Made by a program: the position numbers and the translations under genes | Notes under the pieces: generated by a model | Database searches by the model: none | What the model was told of the DNA's origin: nothing | Seen by the model: only the letters and a program-made list of their open reading frames with translations | Part shown: piece after piece, positions 1 to 8,442 of the stretch | Layout of the letters: each line of letters opens with the position of its first letter | How positions within the stretch are numbered: position 1 is the stretch's first letter | Virus record (IMG/VR): IMGVR_UViG_2541047683_000004 | Span: 1-42,486 of that record | Length of the DNA: 42,486 nucleotides | Origin: a virus | Lineage: Duplodnaviria > Heunggongvirae > Uroviricota > Caudoviricetes | Reading direction: 5' to 3' (one strand)

Positions 1-516
1 ATGAAATTTAAAAAATGTCTTCTGCCTGTGGCAATGTTGGCGTCATTCACTCTGGCAGGATGCCAGTCAAATGCTGATGATCATGCCGCCGATGTTTATC
101 AAACCGATCAACTGAATACCAAACAAGAAACTAAAACCGTTAATATTATTTCCATTCTTCCCGCAAAAGTTGCCGTAGACAACTCCCAAAATAAACGAAA
201 CGCACAAGCCTTCGGCGCGCTTATTGGTGCAGTCGCTGGCGGTGTAATCGGCCACAACGTGGGGTCTGGCAGCAATTCCGGAACGACGGCAGGTGCAGTT
301 GGCGGCGGAGCTGTTGGCGCGGCAGCGGGTTCTATGGTGAATGATAAAACCTTAGTGGAAGGTGTTTCTCTAACGTATAAGGAAGGCACCAAAGTGTATA
401 CCTCCACCCAGGTGGGTAAAGAGTGCCAGTTTACGACAGGTTTAGCCGTTGTTATTACCACGACGTATAACGAAACGCGTATTCAGCCAAATACCAAATG
501 TCCTGAAAAGAGCTAA
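1..516 (+). CDS. Host outer-membrane lipoprotein with glycine-rich (glycine-zipper-like) segment
   Basis: Signal peptide with lipobox LAGC near N-terminus; Gly/Ala-rich AVAGGVIGH block; lies outside the phage region. Confidence 0.6.
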   Translation: MKFKKCLLPVAMLASFTLAGCQSNADDHAADVYQTDQLNTKQETKTVNIISILPAKVAVDNSQNKRNAQAFGALIGAVAGGVIGHNVGSGSNSGTTAGAVGGGAVGAAAGSMVNDKTLVEGVSLTYKEGTKVYTSTQVGKECQFTTGLAVVITTTYNETRIQPNTKCPEKS

Positions 517-531
517 TAATCAGGAGGAGTC

Positions 532-1071
532 ATGAAGAAAGTTTTTCTTTGCGCCATCTTAGCCTCCTTAAGCTATCCGGCTATCGCCTCATCATTGCAG
601 GATCAACTCTCTGCTGTCGCAGAAGCGGAACAGCAAGGTAAAAATGAAGAGCAAAGGCAGCATGACGAATGGGTCGCGGAGCGCAACAGGGAAATCCAGC
701 AAGAGAAGCAACGTCGCGCAAACGCCCAGGCCGCGGCTAATAAAAGAGCGGCAACGGCAGCGGCGAATAAGAAAGCTCGTCAGGATAAACTGGACGCCGA
801 AGCCACTGCGGACAAAAAACGCGATCAAAGTTATGAAGATGAGCTGCGCAGTTTAGAGATTCAGAAACAAAAACTGGCGCTGGCGAAAGAAGAAGCCCGC
901 GTTAAGCGAGAAAACGAATTTATCGATCAGGAACTGAAGCACAAAGCTGCGCAAACCGATGTGGTGCAATCTGAAGCTGACGCAAACAGGAATATGACTG
1001 AGGGCGGTCGAGATATGATGAAAAGCGTGGGCAAAGCAGAAGAGAACAAATCGGACAGCTGGTTTAATTAA
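532..1071 (+). CDS. Host secreted coiled-coil protein of unknown function
   Basis: N-terminal signal peptide, charged Q/E/K/R/A-rich body; AGGAGG-like RBS upstream. Confidence 0.5.
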   Translation: MKKVFLCAILASLSYPAIASSLQDQLSAVAEAEQQGKNEEQRQHDEWVAERNREIQQEKQRRANAQAAANKRAATAAANKKARQDKLDAEATADKKRDQSYEDELRSLEIQKQKLALAKEEARVKRENEFIDQELKHKAAQTDVVQSEADANRNMTEGGRDMMKSVGKAEENKSDSWFN

Positions 1072-1115
1072 TCGATGTAAGTAACTTCAAGCCTATAATT
1101 CTTGAAGATAAAAAA

Positions 1116-1142
1116 CCCTCTGTAGTAACAGAGGGTTTTGTT
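1116..1142 (+). terminator. Rho-independent terminator after host gene
   Basis: Hairpin ccctctg-tagtaa-cagaggg followed by T-run. Confidence 0.6.
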
Positions 1143-1290
1143 CATTCATAGTGCAGGGATCAAAATCATTCCCACTCAATTATTTACTGGCACCATAACC
1201 AATTGAGTGATAACGTTTTTCCAAAGCTCAATTTTCCTCGTACCGTTTTATATACCGTCACCGGAAATCAGTACCATGAAAAATGCCATG

Positions 1291-1773
1291 CTATCTGGTC
1301 AGGGTGTCGTACTGTTTTTCACAGACTCTTCCGGCTTCGGCTGCCCGGTCAGCATACTCTGCCAGTTGTCTGTTTCTCTCGAGAGATTTACTGAGCACGT
1401 CGGCAAGCAAAACTCCGGTGTCTGCGGCTGACGTCCCAGCGCCGACAATGGCGTTATACTGCCTGAGCTGCTCACGGATGGCAACGAGCTGTTGCTGCAA
1501 CCGGCCAGCGCGAGCGGCAGCATCAAGAGCATCATTGCGCGCCTGGTCGATCCTCTGCTGCGCTTCACGTTCATTGATCGATTTCTCCTGTTCGTAGTGC
1601 TGACGAACTCTCTCATCTTCGGTTTTGCGGTCTTCTTTCGCCTGTGCATACCCAGCGTCGTACTGACGACTGCCGTGCACATTCCAGGCAACAACTCCTG
1701 ATATGACCAGAACAGCAAGCACCGCCATGATAATCAACTGTTTACGGTATGCTTTTACGAATGACCAGATCAT
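1291..1773 (-). CDS. Rz-like i-spanin
   Basis: N-terminal TM helix then charged coiled-coil periplasmic domain; directly downstream of endolysin; contains embedded out-of-frame lipoprotein ORF. Confidence 0.75.
   Translation of the reverse strand: MIWSFVKAYRKQLIIMAVLAVLVISGVVAWNVHGSRQYDAGYAQAKEDRKTEDERVRQHYEQEKSINEREAQQRIDQARNDALDAAARAGRLQQQLVAIREQLRQYNAIVGAGTSAADTGVLLADVLSKSLERNRQLAEYADRAAEAGRVCEKQYDTLTR
1299..1574 (-). CDS. Rz1-like o-spanin embedded in Rz in another frame
   Basis: Within ORF 1299-1718: signal peptide [25 protein letters not shown] followed by lipobox Cys, Pro/Ser-rich mature part; start chosen at internal Met, could also be 1535. Confidence 0.6.
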   Translation of the reverse strand: MNVKRSRGSTRRAMMLLMLPLALAGCSNSSLPSVSSSGSITPLSALGRQPQTPEFCLPTCSVNLSRETDNWQSMLTGQPKPEESVKNSTTP

Positions 1774-2399
1774 ACAGCCAGCACCTTACTGGCAGTGACG
1801 TACCGCGCGCGCCGGTCGTCGATGCCATTCCTGCCACCATTGATAATCAGAGTTACACGTGCAATATCACCGGTATACTTCATGCAGCCTTTGCTGGCAA
1901 AAAACCACGCCGCGCTACGAGCCGCGTATTCGTCCTGCGCCAACAGTTCAGGATTCTCCAGCAGGTCCACTTTCAGGCCGTTTCCGCAATCACGATAGTT
2001 ATTCAAACCGGTAATCTGGATAAGTCCGCGGCCACGGTAATTCCAGCCATCGCCGGGGGCATTGTTCCCCATGCGTTTGCTGTACACCAGATTGGCAATC
2101 GCTCTCTGGCGCTCAAGTGGCAATGGTGGTTCGCCTGCGCGTCGCCCCAATGCGTTGGCCTGTCCCTGAGTGAGACGCCCAGCCCGAACAAAGTTAGCCA
2201 GTCCGCTGACGCTGTAGTTGAAATTCTCCTGCAACCGGGTGAAGCCCCCAGACTCATGCCCGACCTGAGCAATAAACATTGCCTGATCTTCTGCTTTGCT
2301 GATACCAAACTCTTTCATCGCAGAAGTTATATGCGAGAACCAGCGTGCGGCCAGCGACTCGCTAATACCAGCAGCTCGCTGGAATTGTTTAATCTCCAT
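1770..2399 (-). CDS. Endolysin, glycoside hydrolase family 19 (chitinase-like)
   Basis: Motifs GHESGGF and [12 protein letters not shown] typical of GH19; start moved to internal ATG 2399 which has a GAGG RBS; the longer ORF N-terminus overlaps the holin. Confidence 0.8.
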   Translation of the reverse strand: MEIKQFQRAAGISESLAARWFSHITSAMKEFGISKAEDQAMFIAQVGHESGGFTRLQENFNYSVSGLANFVRAGRLTQGQANALGRRAGEPPLPLERQRAIANLVYSKRMGNNAPGDGWNYRGRGLIQITGLNNYRDCGNGLKVDLLENPELLAQDEYAARSAAWFFASKGCMKYTGDIARVTLIINGGRNGIDDRRARYVTASKVLAV

Positions 2400-2697
2400 G
2401 TTTAGACCTCGATATTTTGAAAATCTGAACAACGTTACCGCGTGTTTTAATAACCGCGGCAAGCATGACAGCGTTGATAATGACCTCAGATAAATCCACA
2501 GCCATTGGCGTGCGTAACCAGATTGCATAGACGACACGAACAGGAATACTGGCCGCAGCAACAATAAGGAAATAAGCAAGCCACCCTCCCCATCTTCGAT
2601 GTTGAGAGCCGTTACGCCGGAATGTGACAACGCGAATTGCTATGCCAGTACAAATAACTGCATTGGTGATAAGCAAAAAAAACTCATGCGTTACCAT
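2389..2697 (-). CDS. Holin-like membrane protein (second lysis membrane component)
   Basis: About 3 predicted TM segments, 102 aa, GGAG RBS, between holin and endolysin. Confidence 0.5.
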   Translation of the reverse strand: MVTHEFFLLITNAVICTGIAIRVVTFRRNGSQHRRWGGWLAYFLIVAAASIPVRVVYAIWLRTPMAVDLSEVIINAVMLAAVIKTRGNVVQIFKISRSKHGD

Positions 2698-3088
2698 CGT
2701 CTTTTCTCCCCGGAATTAACTCGCGTGGATTATCGGAACGGTGATAGAGCCATATACCAATACGCACAGCAACAATTGCTGACACGAATGCGCCAGCTGA
2801 GAAAACAATCCCTTTTTCAAAAGAGTCCTGCGTGATGGTAGGGATCAGGCTGGCTATGCCGATAAGAATTGATGCTGCTGGTTTATAAAAAAGAAGGCCG
2901 CAGAGAAAGCTAAGCATCGACAAGAGTACACGACGACGAATAGGATACTCTACCGCAGAGGTAACAAAAATTACCGCCCCAGCCAAAGCCCCCAAAGCAA
3001 CCTCAGGAGGAACTCCTGCTATCACCGCCGCCAGAGAACTCATGCTAAGCCACTGATTTAAAGTTTCACTGGTTAGTTGAGCTGACAT
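2684..3088 (-). CDS. Holin
   Basis: 134 aa with multiple hydrophobic helices and charged C-terminus, first gene of lysis cassette; ATG 3088 with GGTGGA RBS. Confidence 0.6.
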   Translation of the reverse strand: MSAQLTSETLNQWLSMSSLAAVIAGVPPEVALGALAGAVIFVTSAVEYPIRRRVLLSMLSFLCGLLFYKPAASILIGIASLIPTITQDSFEKGIVFSAGAFVSAIVAVRIGIWLYHRSDNPRELIPGRKDDGNA

Positions 3089-3310
3089 GTTTTCCACCGT
3101 TTATATGCATAACTACCTCCTGAATAGTAAAGGCATTACGCATGATAAACCATTTATGGTTTTTTGTTACCCATGCATTGTCAATCCCCTTCCTTTCATG
3201 TCGATAATAAGGCTTGCCTTTTACATAACTCTGAAGAGATTGCAGTACAGAAATGATTCAAAATATAGAGGATTAGTTGAATTCCGCACCATCAAATGGC
3301 GCGGTAGCAG

Positions 3311-3610
3311 TCAAATAGAGAAATAAACACAAAAACAAACAGTAACAGGAACAACAAAGTCAAACAGGCTTCCAACATCCCATACGCGCGGATCAAAACC
3401 TCCCCACCACGGCATGTTGATACGTTTCCCTTTCCCAAACTTTTCTATCCAGCGATATTCTGCCTGGGTGTGTTCACGCGCAATGAAGAACGTACAACCG
3501 GCTATCGCACCGTAAGCCCAGTTTCCGGTAAAAAGACTGACCAGAACTTGTGCGACAACAGCGCAAAGTGCGTGAAGAATTGGTGTTATATCAACATCTA
3601 TATTCATCAT
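3311..3610 (-). CDS. Small polytopic membrane protein, function unknown (possible conversion or exclusion factor)
   Basis: Start at internal ATG 3610 with GAGG RBS; hydrophobic segments; sits between tailspike and lysis genes. Confidence 0.45.
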   Translation of the reverse strand: MMNIDVDITPILHALCAVVAQVLVSLFTGNWAYGAIAGCTFFIAREHTQAEYRWIEKFGKGKRINMPWWGGFDPRVWDVGSLFDFVVPVTVCFCVYFSI

Positions 3611-3687
3611 AAATAACCTCATTCCATTTTCACAAATAAGCCGCCAACAAGAAGACGGCATTAACATTAAAATAATTATATATGATG

Positions 3688-5817
3688 CTATTCCTCAATA
3701 CCTAACCTGCTTGAAACCTCCGGCATAACAGTAACCTGAAGGGTTTTTGATGAATCTGTGTTTTTAATTGCTATGCTGATATTGTCAGAAGTGCTGTTAT
3801 TGTTTGACACTGTTATAGAGTTTGCATCCACCCCGAGTTTCGAATAAGCATCAGCAAAACTAAGACCAACACTTCCACCAACAACTCTATATGAACCATC
3901 AATTCTGAATGACGATATATTGTTATTGCTAACATCTCTAATTAGAACCCATATAGAAACACCCCTGAAAACAAGGCTTGCCCCTGATGGTATTTGAAGT
4001 GATACAGTTCCTGTGGAACCGGGGGGGATACTGCCAGTATATTTAGTTCCGTGCAGATATTTCCCCGGTAGATCTAAATACGATGTGTCTGGATGTAATA
4101 AATTATGTATATGTCTGCTATCTATGCTTCCAGACAGAACCATAGAATCATTGCCATATTCAATTATCCTTCCACCATCGTTACTTATTGTAAGTAATCC
4201 TTTGTTTCCTTTATTATTTCTAACAGTTATATCAGAAGAATCCAGGCGGACAATTGATATATTTTTTTCTGATCCATGACAATAATTTGATGAAATTTCA
4301 CCTGTAACAAGTGACGTACATAAAATGTCTGAACTTCCATCACTGTCGCCAGTAATAGTGTTGCAGGAAATTAATGCACCATATACCAGGCCTGTTGGAG
4401 ATTCTCCAAATTGCTCTATAGTAATCCGTTTTGTGGTATTTGCTGATATGGTTATATTATGAACATCGTCAGTTTGCGATGTTACTTTGATCCTTGATGA
4501 AACTGTATTTCCAGAAATAGTAACATTACTTGTATCATCCACCCATAAATATGACGAAAACGTATTACATGATATGACTGAGTTACTCACCATTGAGTTC
4601 TCAAGCTCACATGAACCATAGCTATTGTTATGGTCATAATTTCCTATAATCCTTACAAATCCATTCTGGTTAATGAAGTTGTATGATGTTGCATTTTGTC
4701 CGCCATAAGTTGAGTTATGTGATGTTTCAGCATTTGTAACGCCTATATGTTGAAAATGACCGGCATTTACAGAATCAGGAGCAACTGATGTACACCCTAT
4801 TACTTTTGTGTTTTTGACAATTCTTGAATTAGGGTCATTCTCCAAATAATAGTTTTTTGCAACAAATGCCGTAGAGTAAAAGAAACCTTCAAATCTATTA
4901 AATAAAATCTGAATATCGTCATAATCTCTTTGGTCTTCATTTGCATAGCAATAAAATGCTCTTGAAGACTCGGAGTAATCCTTGCATTTCTGAACGCCAG
5001 ATAAAAGCGATCGGATTCTGCTAGATTTTATTCTAAATCCGTTGTGAATTAACGTTGCATCACCAACTAATGTTATTGGCTTAAACAATTCAACCTTATC
5101 AAAAACAAATTCACCACCATAAAATCCAAGTATAGCCCCTTCTGGTGCTGCATTAATAGCATTTTGAATTGCTACAGTATCATCTGTTATGCCGTCTCCT
5201 TTTGCACCAAAATCACGAACACTAATGGTGTCTCTCATCTTATCCTGGAACGTTCGGTACACAGCCCCAGAACCATACTGAATAAACCAACCAAAACCAC
5301 CAACAACCCCGGCGATTGCAGCATCGACATAATTACGCATTGAGCGATTATTTACAGCATCCTGCTCAAGTGATGGATCTGCAAGGTTAGAAATTCTGTT
5401 TTGCTTTGCATCGTAATATTTTGCAAGCAAAGATGGTTTCATCAATGCACGTCTGAACCACCCAAAACATTGCTGGATCAGCATCGTCAGGTAGTCAAAG
5501 GCATCTTCATGCACTTCGGGAAAAAACTTTCCCTGATTGCGAAGGTCTGTCTCCTGTACTACATCAAGCACACGATCTATCGTAATTCGCCATCCAGTAG
5601 CAAGCGGAGACGGAAGAACCACAGAACCGCCACTATAAGTGCCCGCCCCAGTTACCGTATAACCGGTATCCAGAACCAATTCTGTTACGTTCCCGTTCAG
5701 GTCAGACACCTGAACAACCAGGTCTGATTTTCTGAAAATTCGAAAAGTATACGGAAACGATGTCGTAACGCCGTTACCTGTGTATTCGTTGTGGTCAACT
5801 TCGGTTGAGACCGTCAT
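3688..5817 (-). CDS. Tailspike with right-handed beta-helix (pectate-lyase-like) polysaccharide depolymerase domain
   Basis: 709 aa; N-terminal particle-binding domain; motif VRDFGAKGDGITDDTVAIQNAI typical of pectate-lyase-3 superfamily; AT-rich, Ser/Asn/Thr-rich repeats. Confidence 0.8.
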   Translation of the reverse strand: MTVSTEVDHNEYTGNGVTTSFPYTFRIFRKSDLVVQVSDLNGNVTELVLDTGYTVTGAGTYSGGSVVLPSPLATGWRITIDRVLDVVQETDLRNQGKFFPEVHEDAFDYLTMLIQQCFGWFRRALMKPSLLAKYYDAKQNRISNLADPSLEQDAVNNRSMRNYVDAAIAGVVGGFGWFIQYGSGAVYRTFQDKMRDTISVRDFGAKGDGITDDTVAIQNAINAAPEGAILGFYGGEFVFDKVELFKPITLVGDATLIHNGFRIKSSRIRSLLSGVQKCKDYSESSRAFYCYANEDQRDYDDIQILFNRFEGFFYSTAFVAKNYYLENDPNSRIVKNTKVIGCTSVAPDSVNAGHFQHIGVTNAETSHNSTYGGQNATSYNFINQNGFVRIIGNYDHNNSYGSCELENSMVSNSVISCNTFSSYLWVDDTSNVTISGNTVSSRIKVTSQTDDVHNITISANTTKRITIEQFGESPTGLVYGALISCNTITGDSDGSSDILCTSLVTGEISSNYCHGSEKNISIVRLDSSDITVRNNKGNKGLLTISNDGGRIIEYGNDSMVLSGSIDSRHIHNLLHPDTSYLDLPGKYLHGTKYTGSIPPGSTGTVSLQIPSGASLVFRGVSIWVLIRDVSNNNISSFRIDGSYRVVGGSVGLSFADAYSKLGVDANSITVSNNNSTSDNISIAIKNTDSSKTLQVTVMPEVSSRLGIEE

Positions 5818-5920
5818 GTTAAATCTCCAGATAGTCGCAGCACCCGTTGCGCCGCATATCTGGTTATTCTATTACCTGAAAAACCATATATGGATAGAAA
5901 GGCTGTAAATACGAATAGAT

Positions 5921-5937
5921 ATTACCTTTCAGGTAAT
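5921..5937. promoter_or_regulatory. Operator-like palindrome ATTACC-N5-GGTAAT (copy 1)
   Basis: Perfect 17-bp palindrome attacctttcaggtaat in intergenic DNA between tailspike start and LexA-box gene. Confidence 0.6.
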
Positions 5938-5975
5938 TTGCAAAACGTGCTGGATAGCAAACAAATTATTTGCTA

Positions 5976-5991
5976 CTGTATAAATATACAG
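5976..5991 (+). promoter_or_regulatory. LexA (SOS) box CTGT-N8-ACAG
   Basis: tactgtataaatatacagtt matches LexA consensus taCTGTatatatataCAGta; 22 bp upstream of ATG 6014. Confidence 0.7.
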
Positions 5992-6013
5992 TTATTGCAT
6001 GGAGAAGATTAAG

Positions 6014-6271
6014 ATGCAGCAGTATCACTATCCACTGGAAGACGGATTTACCGAAAGGATTCACACGCCGGGAGGCGTCAGGTCACTGGTGGAGGGATCG
6101 CACTTGATGAAATTACTCCGGGATCTCGATAAGGATGGATTTAATGTCGATGGCCCACTTGCCGAACTGACTGCACTGATTAACTACGTCACCAGCTCAC
6201 AGATGTCTATGCGGGATCTGCAAACACATCTCGACTATTGTGCCGAACAATTACGAAAACAAACCCGGTAA
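6014..6271 (+). CDS. Small SOS-controlled antirepressor-like protein (stand-alone copy of the shared C-terminal module)
   Basis: 85 aa; GGAGAAG RBS; aligns to the C-terminal 70 aa of the two larger antirepressor-like proteins (LM.LL..L..DG..V.G..AELT ... RD.QTH..Y). Confidence 0.6.
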   Translation: MQQYHYPLEDGFTERIHTPGGVRSLVEGSHLMKLLRDLDKDGFNVDGPLAELTALINYVTSSQMSMRDLQTHLDYCAEQLRKQTR

Positions 6272-6293
6272 ATTTAAAGGCCGCAAGAGCGGC

Positions 6294-7022
6294 CTATCGT
6301 TTCGCTTTGTGCTCGTCCCAGCACGTTTTGCACCATGCCATTAAGCCGTCCGCATTTTGATTATTAGGGTAAAAGCTGGTCCGTTTTCTGCGGACATTAC
6401 AAATTGGGCACCACTTCATATGGCGTGTATTCTTTGGGCCATCGAGACACCTTGCACACCACTTAGTCAATCCATCTGGATTTTTTGACGATTTCCGGAA
6501 TTTGTCATATGGAAGGTTTATTCTGCATCGCAAACACTGCTTGCGGCCACTTGAAACTCTGTTAGCTGATTCTTCTTTTGACGGCGATACAGAAGGTATT
6601 CTTGCTGGCTCTGATACTGCCTGAGGTGCTTTTTTAGATGACTGAGACGATATGTCATCACCAGGGAATCTTCCATGATATGCCGGACGCGTTGACACTC
6701 CAGGTGGAAGCTCAGCTGTAAACGGCTTTGGCTGAATCAGTTGCCTCTCTTTTGCTAACTCCTGCTGTTTATAATATGTCTGGATTACCGCACTATCATA
6801 AGCAGGAGGTGCGGAAATATTAGGCGCATTACCTCCAGTTTTTTGAAACTGAGTAGAGGTGTGTTCTATCACCTGTGTACGATTAATCGTTATCTCCCCA
6901 TCTTCGGTCTTTATCGTTTTGTTATGATTAACGACCGTACGATCAGAGATCTTAGTCTTGTTCTGGTTGATAACGTAAATAATCACCGTAACCACACCAA
7001 CAACTATCCAGAAAACTTCCAT
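6294..7022 (-). CDS. Membrane-anchored protein with C-terminal double zinc-ribbon (2 x CxxC...WCxxC)
   Basis: N-terminal TM MEVFWIVVGVVTVIIYV, Pro/Ser-rich linker, two Cys4 units; GAGGAAAA RBS; 5-prime cassette identical to gene 10832. Confidence 0.6.
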   Translation of the reverse strand: MEVFWIVVGVVTVIIYVINQNKTKISDRTVVNHNKTIKTEDGEITINRTQVIEHTSTQFQKTGGNAPNISAPPAYDSAVIQTYYKQQELAKERQLIQPKPFTAELPPGVSTRPAYHGRFPGDDISSQSSKKAPQAVSEPARIPSVSPSKEESANRVSSGRKQCLRCRINLPYDKFRKSSKNPDGLTKWCARCLDGPKNTRHMKWCPICNVRRKRTSFYPNNQNADGLMAWCKTCWDEHKAKR

Positions 7023-7041
7023 TGCTTTTCCTCACAATAAC

Positions 7042-7058
7042 ATTACCTTAAAGGTAAT
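7042..7058. promoter_or_regulatory. Operator-like palindrome (copy 2)
   Basis: attaccttaaaggtaat, 14 nt upstream of RBS of gene 6294-7022. Confidence 0.6.
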
Positions 7059-7134
7059 ATCTTGCTTTCAGGTGATCAAGCATTAAACGCAACCAACCAA
7101 ATACGGTTGATTTTAATATTTCTTCGCGTTTATC

Positions 7135-7151
7135 ATTACCTTTGCGGTAAA
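7135..7151. promoter_or_regulatory. Operator-like palindrome (copy 3) abutting putative -35 TTTACA of leader promoter
   Basis: attacctttgcggtaaa; followed by TTTACA-N17-CATAGT. Confidence 0.55.
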
Positions 7152-7186
7152 TTTACATCGCACTCCTCTTGTGCCATAGTAATCGG

Positions 7187-7262
7187 GCACTGGCAAAATC
7201 CAGTGCCGGGATTGGCGTCCCGGATTACTAAAAGGCGCATTCACCGCGCAAGCGGTTTTTTT
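7187..7262 (+). ncRNA. Candidate small structured RNA (two hairpins plus intrinsic terminator) in antirepressor leader A; c4-like riboregulator candidate
   Basis: Hairpins gcactgg/ccagtgc and ccggg/cccgg, terminator accgc-gcaa-gcggt-T7; conserved with compensatory changes in inverted copy at 10096-10174. Confidence 0.4.
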
Positions 7263-7419
7263 ATGCGTATAGCACGGCCACATTCGTATTATGGTGGGCT
7301 GTGTGGGGGCACCGAAAGGTGCGCCGGGTCCTTTTAGCCGGTTACGCCAACCCTGCACAGTTCACCACCAACCGATTGGCGTCGGTAGTGGTGATTAACC
7401 AGACTAAAAGGTAACCACT

Positions 7420-8115
7420 ATGACAGCTACAAAAAGCACGTCCATTTTTTCTTTCGAATCCCAAGCCGATATACGGGTAATCGTCATTAATGGTGAGCCA
7501 TGGTTTATCGCTTCAGATGTTTGTCGGGCTATAGGCATAGCAAACCATCGAGATGCTGTTCGAAAACTTGATGATGATGAGAAGGGCGTCGCTTCAACCG
7601 ACACCCCTGGCGGTGAGCAAGAATCGATCATCATCTCCGAGTCAGGCCTCTACACACTGATCCTCCGCTGCCGCGACGCAGTGACACCAGGCACTATCCC
7701 CTACCGCTTTCGCAAATGGGTTACAGGTGAGGTTCTTCCTCAGATCCGCCGCACCGGAAGTTACATTAAAAACTCGCTCCCGCAGGAAGAACGCATAAAG
7801 ATGGTTGCCGACCAGGTAGCCAACGCCACGGCGTCAGCAGTAATGCAGGCGATGAAGATAGAGAACAAAACCTACAGCGCCCCGCTGAAGCCCGGCTACC
7901 GCAGTCTGATTCATTCGCCGTCTGGTGTTCTCGGCCTGACGGAGAACTCATTGCTGATGAATCTGCTGAATCAGTTGCAGGACGACGGGCATGATGTATC
8001 GGGCGCGGCGGCGGAACTGACCACCATGTTCTGCTACATCGTCGGTGTGAGCAAATGCCTGCGTGATATCCAGACCCACGCGGAGTACATCAACGACAAG
8101 GCAGGGTTCTTCTGA
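7420..8115 (+). CDS. Antirepressor-like protein, Bro-N type N-terminal domain plus shared C-terminal module
   Basis: N-terminal SIFSFESQADIRVIVINGEPWFIASDVCRAIGI resembles Bro-N; C-terminal 80 aa nearly identical to gene 9289-9939. Confidence 0.65.
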   Translation: MTATKSTSIFSFESQADIRVIVINGEPWFIASDVCRAIGIANHRDAVRKLDDDEKGVASTDTPGGEQESIIISESGLYTLILRCRDAVTPGTIPYRFRKWVTGEVLPQIRRTGSYIKNSLPQEERIKMVADQVANATASAVMQAMKIENKTYSAPLKPGYRSLIHSPSGVLGLTENSLLMNLLNQLQDDGHDVSGAAAELTTMFCYIVGVSKCLRDIQTHAEYINDKAGFF

Positions 8116-8159
8116 CGGGCGGTGGCACAGGGATGTGCCTTTAAATAATTCTGTACAGA

Positions 8160-8188
8160 TTGCAGACTGTGGGTGAATAGCGTACTAT
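8160..8188 (+). promoter_or_regulatory. Sigma70-like promoter TTGCAG-N17-TACTAT for cassette 8263-9216
   Basis: Hexamers with 17-bp spacer; operator palindrome overlaps -10 and start site. Confidence 0.5.
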
Positions 8189-8203
8189 TACCTCAAGGGT
8201 AAA
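8187..8203. promoter_or_regulatory. Operator-like palindrome (copy 4)
   Basis: attacctcaagggtaaa overlapping -10/+1 of cassette promoter. Confidence 0.55.
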
Positions 8204-8262
8204 CGGATTGGTTTCATTTTTATTAATCCGTGTAATGAACTTATGAGATATGAGGTAATGTC

Positions 8263-8442
8263 ATGCGAAACGAAAAATTGCAGATGCGTAGAGCGCAAGC
8301 TGCCGCAAGACGTTCTTTCAATGGAAGCGTAGAGTACGTAAAAGTTACTATGACAAAAGATCACGCAAGTCGCGTATCCCGCGCTTTCTTTGATTCTCGT
8401 AACAATAAGGAAAATTATGAGTTCGTCTGCGTCGCAGAATGA
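8263..8442 (+). CDS. Small basic protein (59 aa), candidate antitoxin or regulator
   Basis: GAGGT RBS 6 nt upstream of ATG; overlaps start of downstream gene by 26 nt; not in supplied ORF track because under 60 aa. Confidence 0.4.
   Translation: MRNEKLQMRRAQAAARRSFNGSVEYVKVTMTKDHASRVSRAFFDSRNNKENYEFVCVAE

Noticed and set aside
1770-2630. Long 286-aa version of the endolysin ORF
   Set aside because: N-terminal 77 residues overlap the upstream holin-like gene and lack lysozyme-family features; the internal ATG at 2399 has a proper RBS and gives a normal-length GH19 enzyme.
5401-5727. ORF of 108 aa on plus strand
   Set aside because: Entirely antisense to the tailspike coding sequence; no start context.
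7062-7337. ORF of 91 aa in antirepressor leader A and its counterpart 9967-10254 (95 aa) with similar predicted peptides
   Set aside because: Non-ATG start, no RBS, and the differences between copies are compensatory stem changes typical of RNA rather than synonymous codon changes; treated as non-coding leader.
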